Source: Tubiluchus corallicola
Taxonomy: Eukaryota; Animalia; Priapulida
Length of the DNA: 64,000 nucleotides
Reading direction: 5' to 3'
Assembly: GCA_030141605.1 (NCBI GenBank)
Contig: JAQGDQ010000047.1
Span: forward strand, 124,001-188,000
Shown piece by piece: positions 25,054 through 36,330 of this stretch. The first letter of the stretch is position 1, and each line of letters begins with the position of its first letter. Made by a program: the position numbers and the translations under genes. Under the pieces are notes generated by a model that saw nothing but the letters and a program-made list of their open reading frames with translations, was not told the DNA's origin and did not search any database.

Positions 25054-26145
25054 TCAATTACCTAAAGCAGGCTGCAATATTAATATTTCGCCAGCAGCAC
25101 CAGAGCAGTTTTTGAGGTTATGTTGTTTCAGAGCTTGTGAGCGACTGAAACTTTTGCCACAATGATTACACTTAAATGGTTTCTCTCCAGTGTGAGTTCT
25201 GATGTGAGACACGAGGTTCGACTTTTGAATAAAAGCTCTGCCACATTCGTCGCAAACAAATCTCCTGTTGTTCAAGTGAATTTGCTTGTGAGAATGGAGA
25301 TAACCTGGTACTTTAAAGGCCATGCCACACGTATCACATTTGTATTCCTTTTTTGCTCCATGACACTTCAGGTGATTCATCAAGTGGTGATTTTGTCGGA
25401 ACGATTTACCACATGTGGTACAGAGGAATGGCCTCTCATCTGAATGCAAACGCCTGTGAACAGCTCTGAGACTCGGTGTAGTAAAAGTTTTATCACACAC
25501 GTCACAAGGATATGGCTTCTCACCTGTGTGCGTACGAACATGAATGTTCAGATCACCTTTCTGCTTGCAAGAATAACCGCAAATGCTGCAAATAAAAGGC
25601 CGAACATTGCTGTGTTTGTATTTCATATGAAGGTTCAATGATGCAAATGTTTTACCACAAATGTGGCAAACACCTCTGCCATATGATTTTTTTGTCATTT
25701 GATGCTTAGGTGAATAAGCAACCTCTGCTTTCTTAGCACAGTGTTCTTTGGAACCTACCACATTGCCAAACAAAGCTGATTCTTTCTTAGCAATAGCTGC
25801 ACATGCATCTTCCTTTGGTATTTCCAACTTATTTAAAACATCCACTGACTCAGTAACAAAATCAGGCCTATTTACCATTTCCAGGACATCTGCTACATCA
25901 CAATTTGACATTACAGCTACAGCCTCATTGTGTTCTTGATTAGCCTTGCTCAGATCTTTGGTAGCATTGCGTGTATCACTGCATTTGGTTTCAAACTTGG
26001 TAGCAGAAGAATCACAGCATTGTTCAAAAACAAGGACTTCGTCACAATGACTTGAACGACAATGATTCACAAATGCCTCTTCTGTTTGAAAAAGTTCTGC
26101 TTTACATGCACTGCACCTGTAGTAAATGACAAGTGTCCCCTCCAT
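25054..26145 (-). CDS. C2H2 zinc-finger protein, paralog 3, 363 aa (an in-frame upstream ATG at 26217 is also possible)
   Basis: MEGTLVIYYRCSAC...HCRSSHCDEVLVFE plus 7 fingers with TGEKP linkers; acceptor ttttgatgcag| at 26228-26227. Confidence 0.92.
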   Translation of the reverse strand: MEGTLVIYYRCSACKAELFQTEEAFVNHCRSSHCDEVLVFEQCCDSSATKFETKCSDTRNATKDLSKANQEHNEAVAVMSNCDVADVLEMVNRPDFVTESVDVLNKLEIPKEDACAAIAKKESALFGNVVGSKEHCAKKAEVAYSPKHQMTKKSYGRGVCHICGKTFASLNLHMKYKHSNVRPFICSICGYSCKQKGDLNIHVRTHTGEKPYPCDVCDKTFTTPSLRAVHRRLHSDERPFLCTTCGKSFRQNHHLMNHLKCHGAKKEYKCDTCGMAFKVPGYLHSHKQIHLNNRRFVCDECGRAFIQKSNLVSHIRTHTGEKPFKCNHCGKSFSRSQALKQHNLKNCSGAAGEILILQPALGN

Positions 26146-27917
26146 TTTTTGACACAGCAGATATAAAATGCAGGCACCAAAAATACGTAGCCAGCCAATA
26201 CCTGTCTCCAATGTCATCTAAGTGACCTGCATCAAAATTACATATTGTTCAAGAAGTTGGAGTTGAACTGTTGTTGTAGCTCTTGCTAGCAGGTTTTTTC
26301 TGCTAATTATAAATCACTAAATAGAACGATATAATGGTTTTTCACATCACAACTAGCAAAGTCTAGATATTGTACGCACATACAGATATCACAAGCATCA
26401 CAAGCTTAGTCCAGCCTGTAAACCAGTACATTAAAACATTGTTGCACATAATCACATGCACTTTGATTATTTATCATTAGAGAAAATCCCTTCCCTCTTG
26501 AGCAAAACACAGTAAAACGAAATTGCCAAGTATCCAGAGATATTTTAATTGCTTAAAAACGTATTTTACAATTAGTGACATTCGATGAAGACAAGCTCAA
26601 CATCTGCTTATGGCTACCGCACCTGTCAATATCATTTGGCTTTTTGTGCTTGGCCTTGCCTAAAGTGCAACTACGAATTGTGTTGCGATGGCTTTCAAAT
26701 TACATAATTGTTACACAATTAAGAATATTTGTATACAGCTGCACTAGCATAGCGCCCATCTCACATCTGACTAATGTTCCGATTAAGCTGACTTTATACA
26801 GTATAACTGATAGGAAGAGCGACATGATATATATATAGGACATATATATATATCATTATATATCACGTATATATAAGTTACATATGCAATTGCTTATCAG
26901 GTGAGCCACACTATATACAGCACATGTGATTTGAAACTACATATAATTTATTAAATGAAAACAGGAGGACATTTAGATCTTAACTCGTTCTAAGCTCTAA
27001 CCTAGAATCCATGGATATATAATTTTCCAGCTATAATAATTACGTGCTTTTAGAAATAGTTTGTTTTTATGTTTTTAAAAAGCAGCTAAATTCGAATATG
27101 CTAAAAGGAATCAATAAACATGTTTATGAAAGTGAAAATCGCAATGCGACACTACTAGTACAATGCAAAAGTTCAGGAACTTTACAAATTCAATTAGGCC
27201 AATGCATGATTTCAAATAGCCAGTATTATGACAGGGTTGAGCAATTATCCAGCCTCTACTGCTTTGACCAGTAATGTCTCTATTGATATATTTAATCTGT
27301 GTGATTACAAATAGTTCTACTCAGGTCAGTTGCTTTATTTGCAAAGAATCAATAGCATGCACCTAGTTCAGAGCTAAGACACACATCCAGTATGCCCACA
27401 AGATGCAAATAGCAGCATCTGTTTTGTACCCGATACACTTTGATAAGCAAAGTATAGTTCATAAAGAATTATCATACAAATCAAAATCAGAAACAAACCT
27501 GTCAGACAAAGTGGAAGAGGAGCACGGTCGCATCATTCATATTTGGTAAATTCATGGTGGTTACCTGCTATTAATAGCATATATTAGGCTTCCAACATAA
27601 TACAGGAAAACATATATTACCTACATGGACATTACAAACATCCTCTACTCTATAGGAAACTTGTGAATTGGATTTGGCAAATGGACAAAAATCTGTGCAA
27701 TTTGAATGCAAATGATGCAAAAAGCTAGGCAAAAAGGACAATACTGGTACTCGCAACTGTACTGGGTGAACTGGAGAAAGTTTGTAAATGACTTTGTTGT
27801 TAATTAATAGTAGTTCATTACTATAGAGAACAGGACATTATTGTGATCGCATAAATAAGACGAACGAATTAGTGAACACTTAGAACTACATTGCTTTAGC
27901 GAGAATATTATTTCAAA

Positions 27918-30171
27918 GGCAGTGGCTAGAGGTACGGATCCGTACTCGTTTTTTCTGTGATACCGAATACGGATTCGTATTCGTAGCTTTTTTGCAACAA
28001 TTACGAATCCGTGCTTTTTGTGACATTTACAAAACATACGAATTTTGACAATTTTTACGACATACGGCGTTTGACCATGTGCCCTGCGCGTCATTGAAAA
28101 GTACATGCCCACTTCATGAAAATGGGGCAATATGGCATTATACAGCCTGTAGCCATACCGTTTTTCTTCGGTATCATTTTTCTTCATGATATAATAGTTG
28201 CACTATAAATATTAGTTGGTCTCCTATTATTGTCTTGCAAATTGTTAGCTTTCATATAGTGCTGCATGTCGCATAAGCTACCAATCAATAGTTTGTTTGC
28301 TTTATTTTGTTTATTGTTACAAAAAAATTTAGTATTTTAATGTGTAGTAGGCTAGTTATCAAGAGTTTAAATCATAGTGTGTTATAAACTTCTTAGAGTC
28401 TTGTAATATGACTCTACCAGGCTGTATTTTTCGATAGTGTTGTGAATGTTATAACCTTACTAACTTTTGTAATTTTCCTTAATTGTCGAACATAGCAAAA
28501 TTTTTTAGTCTTTATGTGATATGCAGTACGTCGAATTTATAAGAGTTACTGAACTGTTACATCCACCTGTTGCCAAATAATTTATGCTATGTTTATTATG
28601 CTTGGTTTATTATTTTGTTTGTCACTGTAAACAGTTTAAAGCCTCTTTATGTGAGCCAGGTCCCATATTAATTAGTTATTTTATTATTTTGCTTATCAAA
28701 GCTGTACTACAATCAATGACTGCCATATTCCAATTCAATTTTTGTCATTTCTATGTCATTATATGTCATTTCTATTAAAAACTAAAAAGACCATTTTACA
28801 AATTTGCATTTGAATGAAGGCTGCAATAAGTATAATTACGTTCGATTGTCACATTAATCCACTTCATATTGAGTTAAAACATCAAGTTACTTCACTTTTT
28901 CTTAGATTCCTGGAGGTTAAAGGTTTGAATTGGCCAGACTTATAATGTGTAATGTACAAAGCTAGATCATGAAAACTAGTTAATTGGCTGATTGGAAAGC
29001 AATAATTTCTGTTTGTGAATTAAAACCTAAATTTTGTATCTTAATGCCGGAAAACAGTTACAAAACTCCTTACTGAACTATTTCGACCACTTAAAGGCCT
29101 CAAGTGCCTATTGCCCCAATATAAGGACCACTTGTTGCTGTAATTATGTGTTTAATTATGCTGTACGTAAGATGTTTGTTAGAAGAGTTTTTGACCCATG
29201 ACCTTGTCAAAAAAATATTGTGCACTGTGAGTGTAGAATGCTCATTTAGTAATGCAGTAAAGCACTTTGATACTTCGAATATAATGTTTTAGAATTTTGC
29301 ATTTTGTAAAAAATGTTTTAACTGAATAATTAAATTCTAATTATTTTGCCACTATGCAGAAAATGGTTCTCTGTTGTTGCAATTTCCTTAGAGTTACATG
29401 TAAAGCAGCAGAACACCAGTAAAAAAACATTTTATAATTATCAAAAATTAAAACAGGCATGCATAGTAATAGGATATTGACATTCTTTTTAAAGATATTT
29501 ATCAGTAGAAATATGATCTAATGTCAAGCAAGTACCCTAAAACTTATGTAATCTATTACATTATTAAATGTTCAAGAACTAACAATGCTAGTTAATGAGG
29601 TAAAACTGTTACAATGGGAAGACGCATATGTATTCAATTGACAATATAAAAATGTTCATATCAGAAAAAAATTAATGGTTGAGTATAATATAAGAAAGAA
29701 GTTTTTAAATCTAATCCTGTTCTTTTCCGTGTGCAAATGGGGGGATAAACGCTGCTTTCATATCAAAAATAGACACACATTATGTTTACGCTATAGTAAT
29801 AAAACATGACTCGCTCACCGCAATATGACGGAGTGTTGCGCGCATTCACCGCGTGTCCTATCTAGAGATTACATAATATAGATATCTATGAGGCTATTCA
29901 ATTTCACTCAATCCGCGGATCTAGCGGATACGGATATTTATAATTGTGGATTTTGAAGTTGCGGATAAACAAGAAAGTGATATTTTGCCCCTCTCTGACG
30001 GCGATCCGTATTTCTCGTCAATATTTTTCGCGGAACGGCTATCCCAATTTTCTCGTAAATATCGTTCGCCGTACGGATCGATCCGTATTTTTTAGTGAAT
30101 GCTTTCGAGACACAGATCCGTATTTTTGTTGCTGCAGTTCCGGATACGGATCCGTACCTTTAGTTACTGCC
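27918..30171. mobile_element. Non-autonomous Mutator/MULE-like DNA transposon, 2254 bp
   Basis: TIR ggcagtggctagaggtacggatccgta ... tacggatccgtacctttagttactgcc; perfect 9-bp TSD tatttcaaa (27909-27917 and 30172-30180); repeated acggat/atccgt subterminal motifs; AT-rich non-coding interior. A 9-bp TSD with GG termini is typical of Mutator. Confidence 0.85.
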
Positions 30172-30261
30172 TATTTCAAAATATATGTAGCCAAAAGTTG
30201 AAGGAAAATAAACTTGGAAGTTAGTAGACTGCTTTGGTCCTTTTGGCTGAATCAAATATTT

Positions 30262-30600
30262 CGCCATTTTCGTGCTAAGAAATTATAAATATATTATATG
30301 CAAGAAGCACTGGCGCTATATCAAAGAGCGAATTCAGCGGTACCAGCAAAAACGTACTCATACCTAACAAATAATTTTCCATTTAAATCGCCTCCATTTG
30401 CAAAGTAAATTGGATAAATCAGAGAAAACAACAAAATTTTCACGACAAAGGAAACAAAACCAACAAACCAACTTTTGCAACGGACAGCTGAATCTCAAAA
30501 CTTAAACCAAGGAAAATGTCCGTTCATTGTGAGCAAACATTCTAACATTGAATTAGTGATTGACGATTTTTACAAAAGCAACACCAGGTGTCGCATATCT
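30262..30600 (-). promoter_or_regulatory. Putative promoter and non-coding leader exon for the downstream ZNF cassettes (donor AG|GTATGA at 30364/30363)
   Basis: Strong donor-like site, T-rich leader on the minus strand, locally raised CpG, and a YY1-like CGCCATTTT at 30262-30270 just inside the putative intron. Inferred. Confidence 0.45.
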
Positions 30601-31269
30601 GCTTAAATGACAACGAGCGGCTTGGGTTAATAGTTCCATTTTCTCTATACTTTAACTAGAGAAAGGTAGAGTAATATACTTACTTTGTAAGTGATCCTCC
30701 CTAAAATGTATTTCCAAATTGCTGGGTAATGAGGCGCTTACAGTGGCTGACAAAATAGGGTTTTATGACTGAATTTGGCAATGCCCAATGAAGTAAGGAA
30801 TGATGTTGGTTGCACAACTGACCAAATCGTGACCATAACAGGAAAGAACCATGATTAAAATTCAGATTAAATAGTGTACTCGCAAGGTCGGTGGGTCACA
30901 TCTTTGCTCGAGAGTAAAAATCAACATACGATTCGTCATTTCTAAATCAATATTTAGGTGAATTAACACATGCATCCCGAGTTCTCTCAAAAGCATTCGT
31001 GAGGGTAACACACTATGGTGACCAAAACTAAAACACATTAAAAACTGCTCTACAGAGAAGATTAAATATGCCACTCCATTTCTTGATAATGCAGTGCTTG
31101 GTCAGTCGAATGCAGCGGTTTGTTTTTAAAAAATAATTCGCATAACAATTTCACTTGGGCTGGCAATATTATTAATAATTGTAACTGTAGGATCTACTGC
31201 GACTTTTTTTAGTTATTTCAATATCATTCAGGAAGTAAACGATTCCAGATTTAGAACAATCTTTTAGCA

Positions 31270-32115
31270 AAACACATTAACTAACTTAAAGGAGACATGC
31301 ATCAACCATCAAACAATGCGATTCATGCAATTGTAACTGAGACCATTCAGTAGGACCATTAACGAACATGTTGGAAACATTGGATAACAAGAAGCCAGTC
31401 CACTAATTAAAGCAAGATAACATTACAAAACAGAACAGAGAAGTAGTTATAGAACCATGTTGAGATCTGCATGGCCTTAAAATTAAGCAACTTAAAGTTA
31501 AAAAGCATACACAGTAAATGTGCGCTATTAATACTGAATTTAACATTAAAATTTTAATAATTCAACATTACATCCGATGAAAGAGTGCACATGTCAGCAT
31601 CATTCACGCTCATGGCTGTATGCAAATCGAAGGATCGATGCAAAAAATATACGTGTAATTTATCATAGGTAGCAAATCTTCTTCAGAACATCTAACAACA
31701 TCAACACCGAGTGAAAATGACAAAATTACATAGACACATGCAAGCCAGAAGAGGTTAAAGATATATTGAAAATAAGACTGAATATGATTAAAGTTAAAGG
31801 GAACTACAATAATGAGTTTAAGGATCAGTTATTATGCCCAGTGTGTGAGGAAGATGATGATATTACTGAACATTTGCTTAGATGTGACAGATATGGAGAA
31901 TGGAAAAAATTTGAACTCAGATATATAAATGAACAGTGAAAAGGAAGGATTGCTAGAAATTAGAAATCTAGTGAACGAATGCATGGAATACAGGATAAAG
32001 ACATTAAACTTGGAAAAGACAACTAAAAGATCAGTGTTATAGAAGAATAGACTTTGCACCCTATAAAGGTGCCCGCCTCTGATAGGTGGAGAGAGTCGAG
32101 TATCGCTATCACAAC
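31270..32115 (+). mobile_element. Decayed LINE 3' portion with C-terminal CCHC knuckle
   Basis: CPVCEEDDDITEHLLRC at ~31835-31885, in A-rich degenerate coding-like sequence followed by a short structured 3' UTR. Boundaries approximate. Confidence 0.6.
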
Positions 32116-32378
32116 AATTTATATTATAATTAGCTAACACAATTAATAATGTTTTCGCTTTTTTTTGTTTTCTGAACTTATAGAATAAAGAAAAACATTT
32201 AGTCATTTTTGTAGAATTGCCACCAGTTTGCCAGCAACCCACTTATTTAAAAATGCAACCTGCAACTGCTCGAATTTTATGCACGTACAACGTGTGATGG
32301 TACGGATGCAGTGAAAACAACTTTTGCGGGTTTAAAACGTGCGGACAAAAAATCTTGTGCAGATGCAGTGGACACCTG

Positions 32379-32480
32379 GGGCCGGTTTCACAAAGCCGTC
32401 ATTAACTTAACGTCGTTATTAGATAATCTTAATACATGTATATTAATAATGACCAGTGACGGCTTTTTGAAACTGGACCC
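32379..32480. mobile_element. Small PIF/Harbinger-like MITE (about 102 bp)
   Basis: TIR gggccggtttcacaaagccgtca ... tgacggctttttgaaactggaccc; flanks ctg/cgg fit an imperfect 3-bp TSD. Confidence 0.7.
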
Positions 32481-33877
32481 CGGTATTCAACGCCTTCGAG
32501 ACCTTCATAAAATAGAGAGGTGGGTCGAAAATAAATGGCATTTCGCCCCGTAATAACATAATTTATATATTCTTCACGTAAATTAATATTTTTTATTTTG
32601 TTTGATATTTTCCATTTTTGTTTTTATAGTTGCATTATTGCAAACGCATGTTATTCACATTGTGCAAACATGCTGCTATATGCCTGTTTCAATGTGCTTT
32701 TCGTTATTAAATTTTCTCTATTTTGATTTTTGCTTTGCATGCTGTTTATATAACGGTATAGTTGCTTTTCCATTTCACTTTCAGTTTACCTCTCATTATT
32801 AAAAACTTGTTTGGTTTTTTCACTTAATAACAGCTATCCTATGTATACCAACACTTTGCTGTGGGAAGCACTAATTAGTTTGGCTATTTTTATTTTGCAA
32901 ATTTTTGTTGCATATTATTGGCTTATTCTGCATATTAGTGGTCAATTAATGCTTTTCTTTATATTGGTATGTTGCCAATAATTATTGATTTTTAAGTGGG
33001 CATTTATTTTGTTGTTGCAATTTTGTTTCACCTACCGGATTTCTTTTGATACGTATATACCATTGTTACTTTTCCATCTGTTTAATTTTTGTTAAAACTG
33101 CATACTAATGCCACTCACACTGCATTTGGTCTTTCTCCACCCAGTCTCTCTTACTAATTACATAATCGCAGATTAACTTCACTTACAGCTTAATTATGAA
33201 TGAGACGAATAAACTTAAATTCAGTTGATACACCATCAACAATGAAGGAAAACGGGGTGATTTTGGTCAGCAAGTGTTAGCTAGCGGTGTCTAGTGATGA
33301 CACCATTGCTCGGCATTATAACATAAGTTAATATCTGAGCGTCTCCGGTACTAACCTAAATGTGGTATTACCCCAGTTGGTGATAAGATCAGGTCAAGTA
33401 CTTTGTAATACACATACCTGCATTCTAATTTATTGTGTGTTAATGAATCCATGTGCAAATCATCAGTACTATGCCAAACTTGCATCAATTCATTTCTGCA
33501 AATCATTTAGTCTCAGATTTGTTCTTGCAGTGAAGTGTTTCATCTCATAGCAAACGGCCAGGTTTTTGTTGCTAAAAAATTTATAGCCAACTTAATACTT
33601 GACGTTCAATTTGGTATTTCCAACTTAGTCCATACTTGCAAGAACAGCTCACATTACAAGAACAAAATTTTTAAACAAACACAGTGACGTACTTATCATG
33701 TTAAAGGCAATAATTGTTCTGACACTATGTAAGTAATTGTGCACAAGCAAACTAAAAATAGAAAAATCACTTTTTAAAAAGCAAATCCTATGTGGATGAT
33801 GGATGGGTCAAAGCAAAAACTGGTAACATTGTCAAAATGAGGATCAGTTATCAATAAAGAACAATACGGAGAAAGCA

Positions 33878-35143
33878 CTAGCTCTGGCATGCCTTAGTCT
33901 TCATAACATGAAACTTCAATGCCTGTGAACGGCTAAATGCTTTTCCACAAGCTTTGCATTTGAATGGTTTTTCACCGGTGTGGGTTCGCCGATGAGACAA
34001 TAAATTCGTCTTTTGCACAAAACCTTTATTGCACACATCACACACAAACCTTTTGTCATTCAGGTGTGTCTTGAGATGGCCTTTAAGATATGAATGCAGT
34101 TTGAATGTCATACTGCATATTTCGCATTGGTAATCTTTGCCTGTCGTGTGAATCATCATATGTCTAGCTAGTGCTTTGTTCGTTTGGAATGATTTACCAC
34201 ATGTTGAACAATGGTGTGGCCTTTCCGAAAAATGTGTCAATCTATGAATGCCCCTCATGCCAGATTGTTTAAATCTTTTACCGCAGATATCACATGGATA
34301 TGGTGCTTCCCCTGTGTGAACACGAAGATGCATCACTAAGTCACCCTTCTTCTTAAATGGATGTCCACATACTTCACAAACAAAGGGACGTTCAGAACTG
34401 TGCCTGTAAGTCATATGATCATTAAGCCAATTGTAGTACTTATTGCATATATTGCATATGCCACCAGCTTTATCCATTCTCAGTTTTCGCTGTTTTTTAG
34501 TGTTTTTTGAACTTCTAGTTATTTGTATTCTGTTGTCATTCATTTTATCGGAACTGCCATGTGCAGGTAGCTGCCCATTTGCGTCAGATAAAATCTTAAG
34601 CTCTGACAGATCCACAACATTATGACTTACAACATCAGCATCAAGACACTGTATTATCTGGTAAGCTGAGTCTTTTGTTACCTCATCATTATATTCTGTA
34701 GCTGATGGCACAACAAAATATGTAGCAGAATCTAAACTTGATGACTCCTCCATTTCAACTAAACTATCAAAAGCATTCCAAGATGTCCTGGAATCTGAAG
34801 GAAGTGCAATACTTACAGGGCTAGGGCTAACAACATCTTCGGGTTCTCGTTTTATGCTACCAGATTCACTACTTGATATTACAACAACAGTCTGTGCCTG
34901 AGGTGGCTCATCACTGTTACAAAGATGGTCTGCACCAACAGTGTCAGAAGCACTTTTTGTTTTTGTTTGCAACTGCCCTGCATTTCCTGAAGGCAATACG
35001 TCATTTTCCAGAAGATTTGTGTGTTCAAATACGACAACTTCTTCACAATGGGCTTCCCTGCAGTGCTTGAAGAACTTTGCTTCGTTGGCAAAAAGCTCAT
35101 CACATAATCTGCACTTCAAGAAAACTGTCAGTTTTCCCTCCAT
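33878..35143 (-). CDS. C2H2 zinc-finger protein, paralog 4, 421 aa
   Basis: MEGKLTVFLKCRLC...HCREAHCEEVVVFE plus 7 fingers; acceptor atttcttgcag| at 35266-35265. Confidence 0.92.
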   Translation of the reverse strand: MEGKLTVFLKCRLCDELFANEAKFFKHCREAHCEEVVVFEHTNLLENDVLPSGNAGQLQTKTKSASDTVGADHLCNSDEPPQAQTVVVISSSESGSIKREPEDVVSPSPVSIALPSDSRTSWNAFDSLVEMEESSSLDSATYFVVPSATEYNDEVTKDSAYQIIQCLDADVVSHNVVDLSELKILSDANGQLPAHGSSDKMNDNRIQITRSSKNTKKQRKLRMDKAGGICNICNKYYNWLNDHMTYRHSSERPFVCEVCGHPFKKKGDLVMHLRVHTGEAPYPCDICGKRFKQSGMRGIHRLTHFSERPHHCSTCGKSFQTNKALARHMMIHTTGKDYQCEICSMTFKLHSYLKGHLKTHLNDKRFVCDVCNKGFVQKTNLLSHRRTHTGEKPFKCKACGKAFSRSQALKFHVMKTKACQS

Positions 35144-36330
35144 AATTTACCTATTCACCCTTATCCAGCTTTTATCCTATTTGTTTACTTTGATCACAGT
35201 TTTAATGCAGACAGACTGCCAGAATCGTTATGCATATGGTCTCAAACAAAAGCACTGGAACAACCTGCAAGAAATATGACAGTATATGTTCAACACTCAC
35301 AAGTGCTAGTATTATATGAACATAGTTGCACTCTTGTAAACAAATTTTTAAGGGCAATAAAAATGCTTGCCATACCAGAAGCATTAGATTTATTTGTGGT
35401 GTTGTACTACATCAGTAGGATTTACTAGAACCATGAAATTTTCACTCTCGAGTTATTTTATTATACACAGTAGTTCCCTGCTGACGATCAGTACAGTTGA
35501 GCTATTTTAATTTCACTAATTGCGAACTAAATTTCTAAAGGAATAAAAATAACTTACTAGAAGTACCGAATTTACCAACTGACAAGTACATAACTTTGGA
35601 CACACAATTTCTTTGAATACTTTCACCGCCAGCTATACAACCAGCAAAAAGTTGTAGATTTAGCAAAACAAAAGCTTTTGGGACACTATTTTTGATAATG
35701 TCGAACAAAACTTGTGTTTTTTATTAAATCATGTACATTATAAAGTGAAATGACAGATCTGAAATTACGAAAGCACGAAAAACAGAAATTTATGTATTTA
35801 TTTTAGGTCTGCAATATTTTAGTTGTCCTACTGCAACTGCAATTAAAAAGACTAAAAAGATTGGTATAAAGGATGGCATTAAATCTGACATTTATAGTAT
35901 AGAATGCAACAATTCGATCCTACTTAAATCCATTTAAATTATCATTAACTCCTCATAGAGAGTAAGAGTAGCACCTGAAAAATGGCAAACGATTAAATGA
36001 GTACAAAGCTAGCACTAAAAAATTAATAATACAGCAAAATGTTGCAGTGACTACTGGTGTTAAAGGTTGTCATTTTTCCACAAGTTTCTTCAGTTCAATA
36101 TCTATACATCAATCAAGTATATCAATCACTGGATATAAGTGAAATATTTACATTATAAATACAGTAGCTAAACAAACAAACACGAAACAGAATCAACAAT
36201 TCAATAATAAATGATCATTAACAAGTACAACTCACATTTATATTACACTGGATATTACAAATCAAAGTCAAGTAGGACAATAAATATAATATGTACATAT
36301 GCCTCGGATTACCTCTGAAAATCAAAATAG

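Noticed and set aside
27564-27772. Possible internal exon (acceptor ctttctccag|, donors at ~27620 and ~27563) upstream of ZNF-3
   Set aside because: No coding similarity, and several competing splice-like sites. It could be a UTR exon but cannot be supported without transcripts.
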